DNA from: Chiloscyllium plagiosum
Lineage: Eukaryota
Reading direction: 5' to 3'
NCBI RefSeq assembly: GCF_004010195.1
Contig: NC_057757.1
Location: forward strand, 6,852,142-6,895,119
DNA: 42,978 bases
A program made the translations under genes and the position numbers. Below are positions 1 to 10,099 of this stretch, piece after piece. Positions within the stretch are counted from its first letter, which is position 1, and each line of letters opens with the position of its first letter. The notes below the pieces were generated by a model. The model worked only from the letters and a program-made list of their open reading frames with translations. It did not search any database and was not told the DNA's origin.

Positions 1-70
1 GGAAACTTTTAAACATCTGCCGTTTGTCTATGCCTGCGGAATAATTTCTGCACTTCTCTCTTCTTTGCAG

Positions 71-969
71 TTAATGTAGTAACCATCTTGATCCTTACTC
101 GGGGAAATTGTGGTCTGTCTAAATGTGTAACCCATTACCTGGTGGCCATGGCAACCGCAGATCTATTGGTCATTATCATTGATCTGATATTGCGTCAGAT
201 ACCTATCGTTTATTGGGAAGGATTCAGCATTTTCCGAATAATTCCCTTGTGCAATATCCATGCCGTTCTGCTTTATGCAGCCACAGACAGTTCTGTCTGG
301 TTCACTGTAACTTTCACCTTTGATCGATTTGTGGCCATTTCTTGCCAGAAGCTGAAATCTAAATATTGCACTGAAAAGACAGCAACTGTTGTCATAGGAA
401 CAGTGACAGGGTTGTGCTTTGTGAAAAACATTTTCTGGTATTTTCTGTACACACGTGAATATTAGCTTTCAAACAGTTCTTGGTTTTGCCGTGTGGCTCT
501 CAGAGTATCCCATTCACTGGTCTGGGCCATCGTTGAATTAATCCATTACATACTAACACCATTCGTTCCATTTATTCTGATTCTTCTCCTCAATGCAATG
601 ACGGTCAGGCACATATTAATGGCCAGCAGAGCACGCAAGAGACTTCAGTATCGGAGCAACATTGAGAGTCAAAGTGACCCAGAGATGGGCAGTCGAAGGA
701 AATCCATGGTTCTGCTGTTTGTGATATCGGGGAACTTTGTTCTGCTGTGGGTGGTGTTCATGGTTTGTTCTATACTGAGACGATTAGATTACTTGGAATA
801 TTCTGTTTCTGTACCAGCGTTCGTTCGAGAAATTGGCATCATGCTCCAGCTTTTGAGCTGCTGCACGAATACTTTTATTTACACTGTAACCCAGAGGAGG
901 TTTAGAGAGGAGTTGAGAAATGGAGTGAATTATTCCCTTTCATGGATGGTCAAACTATGTCGATGCTGA
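71..969 (+). pseudogene. GPR139/GPR142-like GPCR copy A, exon 2 (exon 1 lies upstream of the window), with one premature stop
   Basis: Acceptor ttctttgcag ends at 70, followed by phase-1 (V)NVVTILILTRGNCGLSKCVTHYLVAMATADLL...FTFDRFVAI...SCCTNTFIY. ORFs 88-465 and 493-969 are in the same frame, separated by TAG at 463-465 where the paralog at 24002-24897 has Trp (YWLSNS). Confidence 0.88.
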
Positions 970-1264
970 GAATTCGCGTTTCACAACCATATCTTGTGCT
1001 TTTGTGTCATGCTCTGCTCATTATTTATATTTTGGAAATCGTTCAATCTGAAATACTAATTGATGTTACATCCCTGGGCTGGGTGGTCACTGTTTATGTT
1101 CATTATTATTGCCAGGGACAGGTATTAGCTCTCCATAGCTCTGAGTTTGTCACATACTTCCCCAGCAACACCAACCCTTCTACACAGCCCACTTGTCGGC
1201 ATAAGGCTCAAATGAGCTCTCCATGGGGGAATGAGCCCTTGTTGAGATCCTTGCTCAATAAAGA

Positions 1265-1737
1265 GCCACTGCTGGTGTTCCTGGCCTGGTCAGGTAGGCC
1301 ATAAACAGGGGCTATGGAGGTGTCATTATGGTCAATCGTCTGCCCCACTTCCACGATTACATCTGGGTTCTGGTGTCCCTGGAGAGGGAGCACGCAATGT
1401 CTATGAATATCCTTTGGGTTTTCAGAGAGAGGTAGGCACTGCAGGGTTTGGAGTGCTTTATTTCCCCCTCCAATTCTATTTTGATTTAATCCCTGCCCTC
1501 CCTCTCAATTTTTTTTGATCGCATTAGCATTGCCCTTTGTTGAGAAAGGCACTGCTTGCGACTGGCCATTCGGGTTTTTTCTTATCTTCTTGCTGATAGA
1601 AAATGAATAAAGGTTTCTGCGCTCGTTGCTCTCCATTGTGTCCTACACCTGCACACACACACACACGACATGGGTGCAGAGGAAAAATAAGCTGTTTGGC
1701 GGTAGCGTGGGAGGAAAGAAAAAAAGAGAAAAAAAGG
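1265..1737 (+). mobile_element. Tx1/L1-clade LINE 3' fragment (ORF2 C-terminus, 3' UTR and A-rich tail)
   Basis: 1340-1489 reads LPHFHDYIWVLVSLEREHAMSMNILWVFRER*ALQGLECFISPSNSILI*, resembling Tx1-type ORF2 ends. It is followed by AATAAA, (CA)n and an A-rich end. Confidence 0.6.
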
Positions 1738-1924
1738 GAAAATTCCCATTGCTTTGCAATGTCCTATTATTTGGCATGTGTTTATCCCAACATTGTTGGC
1801 AACTTTCTTTCATCACTGAGCCATGTCCTTATTGAATGGTGGAGCAGACCTGATGGGTTAGATCATCCGACATAGACCAGGATGGGAACAGGCCCTTCGG
1901 CCCACAATGCTTTCGGAAACGGGT

Positions 1925-2077
1925 GACATGGGGGGAGCATGGTCGGCGGGGCTAGGGGTGAGTGACGTCAGCGGGGGCAGAGGTGGCACATTCGGTGGCA
2001 AACATGGGGGCAGAAGTGACCTTCTGGGTGGTGTCGGCAGAAGCTGTGCCTCTAACCGGAGCAAGTTGTTCAGATGG
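1925..2077 (+). promoter_or_regulatory. Putative ZNF622 promoter and first exon ending in ATG-G
   Basis: GC-rich patch with a GGCGGG box, perfect CRE TGACGTCA (1963-1970), degenerate YY1/ETS-like AACATGGGGGCAGAAGTGAC (2001-2020), and ATGG|GTGAGT donor (2074-2083). Splicing to the acceptor at 6083 gives in-frame ATG GCA ATG TCT. Confidence 0.55.
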
Positions 2078-2589
2078 GTGAGTCAGAATTCCCCATTTCC
2101 AACTCCAAATTGGGGGAAGTTTTCAGAGCGTTTTGGGTTGTCGCGGAAGCTTCAATTTGTTTGGCAGTTCCATCGCAGTCTACTGCAAAAGGACATCTAC
2201 AAGGTCCGAATGAACAAATGCAACAGCAGCCTTCCTTTTGGAAGGTCCAAGCCAATATGATTTGTCACAGATACGGACTCATTTACCCCAGTCATCTCAA
2301 GGATTTATGGTCTTTGTTTCTCATTAAACATGAAAAATGTGGTGCAGTTCTTTGTATTGTTATATCCTGCCATTCCCCCAACCTAGCAGAGATATTTTTA
2401 TTATCCCCATCCGTCCATCATCTGGTTGGTGAAACAATATTTACAACATTAGCGCCATTATTGCTATTGTGGTGTAAGGGACCTCTCTTACCATAGCTCC
2501 CGTTTGGTTGTTATTAGGACCTGTTATGATACAGGGATATGATGTTGAATGGCCGGTGTTGGGTTGGGGTGGATATATGGATAGGCAGC

Positions 2590-2712
2590 TGAAGGGCTTT
2601 TGTCTGAAACCTTGATTCTCCTGCTCCTCGGATACTGCCTGGCCCACTGTGCTTTTCCAGCACCACACTCTCGAATCTGATCTCCAGCATCTGCAGTCCA
2701 CACGTTCTCCTA
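2590..2712 (+). mobile_element. Penelope-like element terminal fragment with decayed hammerhead remnant
   Basis: gaagggcttttgtctgaaac...ccagcatctgcagtccacac...cctag matches the same terminus at 4110-4239, 8705-8920 and 38362-38460. Confidence 0.65.
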
Positions 2713-3296
2713 GCTGAACCAAATCAGCCTCACTATCACTGAAATTGCAATATACTGAAATATTGCCCGAACCAGACATTAAGATTAACAGATCTTTGCC
2801 AAGTTTGACTCATTGTTAATTTTTGTTAAATAAAGTAACTTTAACAAAACAAAAATGAGAAATGACTCACATTCATGCGCCCTGGCAGACAGACACAGTT
2901 GAGGGATAAAATAAAAAGAAAATAAAGCAACTGTTTATTGAACTGGAAAATTATGATTCTGCTGATAAGTGCCTGACTTTCATGAAATCCTTGGGCAATG
3001 GATTGTTCATTTCCTTTTAGAACTGTTTATCTTGCTTGAAATTTGAAGTCATCAATTAATGCAAACAGTTTCCGCAGATGTGTGGGAATAACTTATTTCT
3101 TGCTGTTCTTTTATCAGAATATTCGACAATTTGATGACTGGATAGAAAACTAGAGAAAGTAAAACTAAGCCACTGAAAGTTTCCCAAAATCCTCTGCTTC
3201 CAGCTAAAATCCAATCAGGAACTATTCTTTTCTTTTTGTAGTTACTGTTCTGTCTGATTAGCTGGCCAACACCAATCCTCCCTTTATTCATGAATT

Positions 3297-3982
3297 CATA
3301 AGACCATGAGACATAGGAGCAGAAATTAGATCATTCAGCCCATTGAGTCTGCTCTACCACACAATCATGTTTAAGACGTTTCTCAACCTCAGTCTCTCAT
3401 TTCTCTCTGGAACCCTTGATCCCCTTTATACTCAAAAACTTATCTATCTTAGCGTTAAATATACTCAATAACGTGGTCTCCACAGCCTTGTGTACCAGTG
3501 AATCCCATCGATTCCCCACTCTCTGGCTGAAGAAGTTTCTCCTTACCTCCGTTCAAAAAGCTCTTCCCTATACTCCAAAGCTATGCCCTACTGTCCTGTC
3601 TCTCCAACCAGTAGAAACATATTCCCAACATCTAGTCTGTCCAAACCATTCAGTATTCTGGAAGTTTCAGTTAGATCTCGTGTCATCGTTCTAAACCCAT
3701 TGAATATAGACCCAGAGACCTCAAAACTTCCTCACATGTTGAGCTATTCGTTCCTGGAACCATTCTCATGAATCCCCCTGAACACGCTCCAGGGCCAATA
3801 CATCCTTCCTGAGATGTGGGTCACAAAACTGCACACAATACTCCAAATATGGCCAGACCAGAGCCTAATAGAACCTCAGAAGAAATCCCTCCTCTCAATA
3901 TGGATGCCATAATTGCATTTGCTTTCCTAACTACTGACTTAACCTGAGAGGTTGCCTTGAAGGAATCCTAGATTAGAACTCC
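3297..3982 (-). mobile_element. CR1 LINE 3' fragment
   Basis: Short-repeat tail cataagaccatgagacatagg, 3' UTR, and degraded ORF2 end on the minus strand (ctctggtctggccatatttggagtattgtgtgcagttttgtg, LVxPYLEYCVQF-type). Confidence 0.8.
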
Positions 3983-3984
3983 TC

Positions 3985-4239
3985 TCCGACCTATCACCTT
4001 CATCCCCACCTCCACCCACCTATTGCACTCTTAGCTACCTTCTCCCCAACCCCAACCCTCTCCCCCCAACCATTTATCTCTCCACCCCGGAGGCTCCCAG
4101 CCTCATTCCTGATTAAGGGCTTTTGTCCGAAACTTCAATTTTCCTGTGCCTCAGATGCTGCCTGACCTGCTGTGCGTTTCCAGCACCACTCTAATCTTGA
4201 CTCTGATCTCTAGCATCTGCAGTCTTCACTTTCACCTAG
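3985..4239 (+). mobile_element. Penelope-like element 3' end with degenerate hammerhead
   Basis: C-rich tract, then cattc-CTGATTA-A-GGGC-TTTT-GTCC-GAAAC and the shared terminus. Homologous to the 3' end of the GIY-YIG-bearing element at 38362-39190. Confidence 0.75.
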
Positions 4240-4302
4240 ATTCAGGAGGGAATTCAAGTGTGTGAGATCTAGCCAGCTATAAATATAGCCAGCAATGTTA
4301 AC

Positions 4303-5945
4303 ACCATAAGACCATAAGAAATAGGAATGGAAGTAAGGCCATTCGGTCCATCAAGTCGACTCCATCATTCAATCATGGCTGATGGGCATTTCAAAGCCAC
4401 TTACCCTCACTCTCCCCATATCCCTTAATTCCTTGTGAGATTACGAATTTATCAATCCCTGCCTTGAAGCCATTTAACGTCCCGGCTCCACTGCACTCTG
4501 TGACAATGAATTGCACAGGCCCACCACTCTGGCTGTAGAAATGTCTCCTCATTTCCATTCTAAATTGACCCCCTCTAATTCTAAGCCTGTGCCCATGAGT
4601 ACCAGTGCCACAGTCTGACGGAAACATGTTCCCAACGTCCACCCTTTCTAAGCCATGCAATATCTTGTCAGTTTTTATTAAATCTTCCCTCAAACTTCTA
4701 AACTCTAACGAATACAATCCAGGATCCTCAATTGTTCATCATATGTTCGGCCTACCATTCCAGGGATCATCCGTGTGAATCTCTGCTGGACACGCTCCAA
4801 TGCCAGTATGTCCTTCCTGAGGTGTGGGGCCCAAAACTGGATACAGTATTCTAAATGTGGCCTAACCAGAGCTTTATAAAGTCTCAGTAGCACATCACTG
4901 CTTTTACATTCCAACCCTCTTGAGATAAATGACCATGACTCAACCTGCAAGTCAACCTTTAGGGAATCCTGTACTCGCACACCCAGATCCATTTGTACTT
5001 TGGCTTCATGAATTTTCTCACTGTTCATAAAATAGTCCATGCGTGTATTTTTTTTTCCAAAGTGCAAGACTTCATATTTGCTCACATTGAATTTCATCAG
5101 CCATGTTCTAGACCACTCTCCTAAACTGTCTAAATCTTTCTGCAGCCTCCCCACCTCCTCAGTACTACCTGCCTGTCCACCTAACTTCGTATCATCGGTG
5201 AACTTCACCAGAATGCCCCCAGTCCCTTCATCCAGATCATTTATATATAAAGTGAACAGCTGCGGCCCCAACACTGAACTCTGCGGAACCCCACCTGTCA
5301 CCGGTTGCCATTCTGAAAAAGAACCTTTTATCCGAACTCTCTGCCTTCTGTCAGACAGCCAACCCCCAATCCATTCACATAGCTCACCTCGAACACCATG
5401 GGCCCTCACCTTACTCAGCAGCCTCCGTGAGGCACCTTATCAAAGGCTGTTTGGAAGTCTAGATAGATAACATCCACTCGCTTTCCCTGGTCTAACCTAC
5501 TTGTTACCTCTTCAAAGAATTCTAACAGGTTTGTCAGGCATGACCTCCCCTGACTAAATCCATGCTTACTTGTTCCAATCCGACCCTGCACTTCCAAGAA
5601 TTTAGAAATCTCATCCTTAATGATGGATTCTAGAATTTTACCTGCAACCAAGGTTAGGCTAATCAGCCTATAATTTTCCATCTTTTGTCTTGATCCTTTC
5701 TTGAACAAAGGGGTTACAACAGCAATTTTCCAATCATCTGGGACTTTCACTGACTCCAGTGATGTTTGAAAGATCACAACCAACACCTCCACTATTTCCT
5801 CAGCTACCTCCCTCAGAACTCTAGGATGTAGCACATCTGGGCCAGAAAATGTATTAATTTTTAGACCTTTTAACTTTTCAAGTACTTTCTCCTTTGTAAT
5901 GGCCACCATACTCAACTCTGCCCCTTGGCTCTCCTTAATTGTCGA
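4303..5945 (-). mobile_element. CR1 LINE, 5'-truncated, RT domain to 3' tail
   Basis: Minus-strand ORFs 5415-5915, 4705-5409 and 4391-4717 contain NYRLISLT, QGRSCLTNLLEFFE, YLDFQTAFDKVPH, GVPQSSVLGP, FTDDTKL and LVRPHLEYC. Tail ccataagaccataag. Confidence 0.95.
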
Positions 5946-6084
5946 GTGAAGCAGATCTTGCTAACAGCAAAGATATGGCGCTTGGACTCCAGATTTGATT
6001 TTTAATGGACAATGACAATAATGTTTGTTCTTTGTGGACCTGATTTATTTTTCTGTGTTCTATATTTTATTTTTGTTTTAAGCA

Positions 6085-6694
6085 ATGTCTTCCTACACCT
6101 GCATCACGTGTCATGTGGCTTTTGGTGATGCTGAGATTCAGAGGTCACACTACAAAACAGATTGGCACAGATATAACCTGAAGCGTAAAGTCGCAGAAAT
6201 GCCTCCAGTGACAGCTGAAAACTTCCAAGAACGTGTATTGGCCCTGAGATCAGCTGTAGAAGAGAAGAAAAAGGGGACTGCCACAGACTGCACATCTTGT
6301 GGTAAAAGATTCGCCACCTTCAATGCCTATGAAAATCATTTAAAATCCAAGAAACACCAGGATGCAGAAAAGAAGTTCGCGAGCATTGCAAATAAACAGC
6401 TGGAAAGGCTGAATGTGAAAAATTTGGAGATGGGGATAAGCGAGGATGGAATGGACAAAGATACCGTGAATATAGCCATTCAGCAGGCGGTAAAAGCTCA
6501 GCTGGCTCCCTCCACAAGGAAATGGACTGTTGTCCCAGTAACTGAAGACGCTTTGTCACAAGTCACAGTTAGCAGCCAACAAAACAAGAAGCCTGACAAA
6601 CCACCTCGGTTACTCTGGTTCGGACAGCAAGCTGCAAAATTGGACCAGCTCGAGTCATTTGAGGAGGAAGTGACGATGGAGGATGAAGATGATG
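6085..6694 (+). CDS. ZNF622: ZNF622 main N-terminal coding exon (two C2H2 zinc fingers, acidic tract), open frame
   Basis: MSSYTCITCHVAFGDAEIQRSHYKTDWHRYNLKRKVAEMPPVTAENFQERV...CTSCGKRFATFNAYENHLKSKKH. Acceptor AG at 6081-6082, phase-1 donor GT at 6695. Confidence 0.92.
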
Positions 6695-6923
6695 GTAAAT
6701 AATGGCAAATCAGCATCTTGTTTCTGGTTCAGTTTTAACAAGTGTCTAGAGAATATGTCCCCTGCACTAAAGTTTCCTCCTTTCACTTTTTAAGACATAT
6801 TCTAACTCCAAAGCACAAGGTAACTCATTTGGCAAATCACCAGTGCTTATTTCAATAGAGTGGAGAGTGCATCCTAACAAGCAGCATGTGATGACTGTAC
6901 GCTCAGACTACCTCAGACCATAA

Positions 6924-7215
6924 TTAGATTAGATTACTTACAGTGTGGAAACAGGCCCTTCAGGCCCAACAAGTCCACACCGCCCTGCCGAAACGCAACC
7001 CACCCATACCCCTTACCTAACACTAGGGGCAATTTAGCATGGTCAATTCACCTAACCTGCACATCTTTGGACTGTGGGAGGAAACCGGAGCAAACCCACG
7101 CAAACACGGGGAGAACGTGCAAACTCCACTTAGTCAGTCGCCTGAGCCGGGAATTGAACCCAGGTCTCTGGCGCTGTGAGGCAGCAGTGCTAACCACTGT
7201 GCCACCGTGCCGCCC
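6924..7215 (-). mobile_element. tRNA-derived SINE (HE1/V-SINE-like)
   Basis: Minus strand begins gggcggcacggtggcacagtggttagcactgctgcctcacagcgccagagacctgggttcaattccc (A/B boxes) and ends in a CR1-like 3' end with (atcta)n tail. Confidence 0.9.
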
Positions 7216-7411
7216 AGTTTGTGCATTAAACACATTTTGGTAATGTTGTAGTAATGCCTTACTGACAAAAGGTAATATTTGTGAACATCTGATACTTCTG
7301 CAGCCTCAATTATTTAGAATTTCTTTTATAAGAGTTGCGACTTGTATTTCCTGTAACAAAGGTGTTCTCAGTAATAAATCAATTCACTTCTGGGTATGTT
7401 AATTTTAATTT

Positions 7412-7710
7412 CAATGATTTATTGTCATGTGTGCTGAAGTACAGTGAAAAGCTTTGTTTATGAGCAGTACAGGATGTACAGATCAGAAAGGTTTAGACTG
7501 AGGTTTGCCGGTTGCATTGCACAGGGTGAGCACTAGGCAAGAGCGACGTTAGCAAGGCTAGCATTATTTGAAGTTAGAGACTTCATTCATCAGTCTAATA
7601 ACATCCAGGAAGAAGCTGTTCCTGAACCTGCTGGTGCGTGTGTTCAAGCTTCTGTATCTTCTGACTGACAGAAGAGGTTGTAGGAGATTTGCACTGTACT
7701 CCTGGTCATA
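7412..7710 (-). mobile_element. Rex1/Babar-like LINE 3' fragment
   Basis: ggaagaagctgttcctgaacctgctggtgcgtgtgttcaagcttctgtatc and tttattgtcat resemble Rex1-type 3' ends. Confidence 0.55.
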
Positions 7711-7897
7711 TCAAGGACCTTGTTAAATTGAGCTGCATTTGTTGACTGGGAAAATGTTGCCAGCTCTGAATATATTCACACTTACACATTTGTACTGAGA
7801 TTTATATCAAATAGAACACTGTTATATATATTACAAATTTAAAAGTGCTTTTGGTTTCAACATGCCTTTGGTTTCGACTTTGCACTTTTTCTGCTAG

Positions 7898-8125
7898 GTG
7901 AATGGGAGGATGTGGATTCTATCTGTGATGAGGAGGAACATTTTAAAAACGAGAGCCGAGCTGAAGTCTCTCCATCTGGCAGTATTCAAGTAACAAACTG
8001 CTTATTTTGTTCACATCACTCTCGATCTCTATTTAAAAATATTGATCATATGACAAAGTTGCACGTTTTTTTTATTCCTGACATTGAATATTTAGTGGAG
8101 CTAAAGGGTTTGATGAAGTACATGG
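7898..8125 (+). CDS. ZNF622: ZNF622 coding exon (third zinc finger)
   Basis: ctgctag|GT GAA TGG GAG GAT...NCLFCSHHSRSLFKNIDHMTKLHVFFIPDIEYLVELKGLMKYM G|gtaagt; 228 nt, phase 1 at both ends. Confidence 0.9.
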
Positions 8126-8704
8126 GTAAGTAAGAATGAAATGTACATTTTAACAATGTTCTTAATGGCAAATTAATCTACCTAATTTTTAATAAGACAT
8201 AAAGAGTCAGATTAAATCAGGTCTCTTCGGAAAATTGTCTGATCTAAGTGTGACAATTAAAACCGGTCATGTCAACTGAAAGGGTGGTTGTCATGCTGCA
8301 TTGAATCTTCATATACAGAGATCCAGGCCTAGTGGAACAGGGGTCTTTTGATCTTTTTACCTCTAACAGTGTAACTAACATCCCTTTCCCATCTGTGTTG
8401 CTATGGAGAACTGCCAAGCAGAGCGAACATAAAAGAACACTCAACAAACTCATGGACTAAACGTTGGCATTTTCTACAAGTGCAGTATTAATATTTTACA
8501 TATAAACTGAGAATTTGGTGAAAATTAATCTGGTGTCAACGGAACTTGAGTGAGCAATGGGACTTTCCTTAATCTGATGGTTTCACATTCATGTCACTGA
8601 GATGAGTGAAGACTCAGAAATTTAAGTCGATCATCAGTTGCTCATCATACTCAGAGAACTATGACTCATTTTAACGCATAGCAAACTGACCGTCAAAAGA
8701 CAAT

Positions 8705-8920
8705 AGGTGAAAGTGATTATTGCTGATGCTGGAGATTAGAGTCAAGATTCGAGTGGTGCTGCAAAAACACAGCAGGTCAGGCAGTTTTGAGGAGCAGGAA
8801 AATTGACGTTTCAGGTAGGAGCCCTTTCCTGATGAAGGGCTCCTGCCCGAAACATTGATTTTCCTGCTCCTCAGATGCTGCCTGATCTGCTGTGCTTTCC
8901 CAGCACCACTCGAATCTTGC
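8705..8920. mobile_element. Short palindromic Penelope-derived insertion with hammerhead core and 11-bp TSD
   Basis: caaaagacaat at 8694-8704 and 8921-8931. Inverted arms span 8743-8919. CTGATGA-A-GGGC-TCCT-GCCC-GAAAC starts at 8829. Confidence 0.85.
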
Positions 8921-9092
8921 CAAAAGACAATGCTTAAATGAATTTACAACTCAGAAATGTTCAATTGTAGAGAATGTATTTTTAATTGTTTGGTTTCAAA
9001 ACTTCAGCTTGAGATGCTAAAAGGTTTTGGCTGAGGTTTATTTAGCATTATATAAGTAGCTGCTTGTGATGTTTGCAATTTTACTTTTGCAG

Positions 9093-9254
9093 GAGAAAAG
9101 GTTGGTCTGGGAAACGTTTGCCTGTGGTGCAATGAGAAAGGGCGGTCCTTTTACTCGACTGAAGCTGTCCAAGCTCATATGGTTGACAGCAGCCATTGTA
9201 AACGCTTCACAGATGGAGAGCTACTCTTGAATTTGTAGACTTCTATGAATTTAG
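9093..9254 (+). pseudogene. ZNF622: ZNF622 exon (fourth zinc finger) with frameshift
   Basis: tttgcag|(G)EKVGLGNVCLWCNEKGRSFYSTEAVQAHMVDSSHCKRFTDG, then GA-GCT ACT CTT GAA TTT GTA GAC TTC TAT GAA TTT AG|gt. One base is missing near 9219, giving TAG at 9236-9238. Confidence 0.88.
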
Positions 9255-10099
9255 GTAACAAATTGGGTTTTTCATAATTTGCATGTCTTTTGAAGGGAAG
9301 TGATCCAACATTTGTTAGGAATAAGGGCACTATTTTGAAAGTGTTTAGCATTTGACACTTTAACCTAATGTTGGTCAAATTGCCTTGACCTCTCATCATC
9401 CACATTTTTCAATGCTTTGCTCAACGCCACTTACTTCAGCATTTGTTTATGGATTAAAACTAGTTTGCTTAGATACACACTCCCAAACACAAACTGTCTA
9501 GCCCAGTGCTTTCCAAACTTTTACCATTTTGACCACATAGCAAGACATGAAAATTGTTGTGACTTCTAGGTATTGTAAGAGATGCTGGGAAGCTCGGGCC
9601 TGTTAGTGAGAGCACAGCTGTTACAACTTGAGTGGATCTCCATGATGGCCACTGCTACTCAAAACTTGGGACATCAGAATTTCAGTTTTTCGCATTTAGG
9701 ATCATGGCCCCCATTTTGGGAAGCTCTGGACTGACCTTACGATAGGCATGCTTTCTCATCTGATTTGATGATCTCATCCCCAACCAATCCTTGACTATCA
9801 TCCATTCTTCCTCACCATGGTTGCCCCATCTATGCACTTCTGAACAAGGGGAACAAACTTGGAGGATAGCTATAATTACTTTGATCACTTAACTCTGTAA
9901 AAGGCACCCTTGACTATTCAGCAACTATCTGTAGGGCAGTCATAACTCTAGGTTTCAAGTACTCCTTTAAAATTGGTTTCTCCATCTCTGCACACAGTGA
10001 TCTTTATGTGCCCGAACTAAAGTCTTATGCAGCTGCCACATGACTTGCCAACATTTTGAAATCAATTCCACGACCGATGAAGACAAGCAATGCATTACG

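Larger units (their letters stand above)
2074..9254 (+). pseudogene. ZNF622: ZNF622 (cytoplasmic 60S maturation factor, Rei1/Reh1 family) partial unprocessed copy, probably a pseudogene
   Basis: Exons 2074-2077 (putative), 6083-6694, 7898-8125 and 9093-9254 have canonical, phase-consistent AG/GT sites. The last exon has a 1-nt deletion. The C-terminal exons were not found by eye downstream. Confidence 0.8.

Noticed and set aside
942..1304. 120-aa ORF overlapping the end of GPCR copy A
   Set aside because: No recognisable domain; it runs through 3' UTR and a Tx1 fragment.
2095..2165. WGKFSERFGLSR resembles the Maverick PolB NSxWGKF motif, and RFGLSR resembles part of the ZNF622 C-terminus
   Set aside because: The PolB match needs a frameshift and lacks the upstream Lys; there is no flanking similarity in either case, and the segment lies in the putative first intron.
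5039..5470. Many 60-150 aa ORFs antisense to CR1 RT (also 28025-28722 and 32083-33291)
   Set aside because: Shadow frames of LINE coding sequence.
7130..7215. tRNA-like A/B boxes
   Set aside because: These are SINE heads repeated several times in the window, not tRNA genes.
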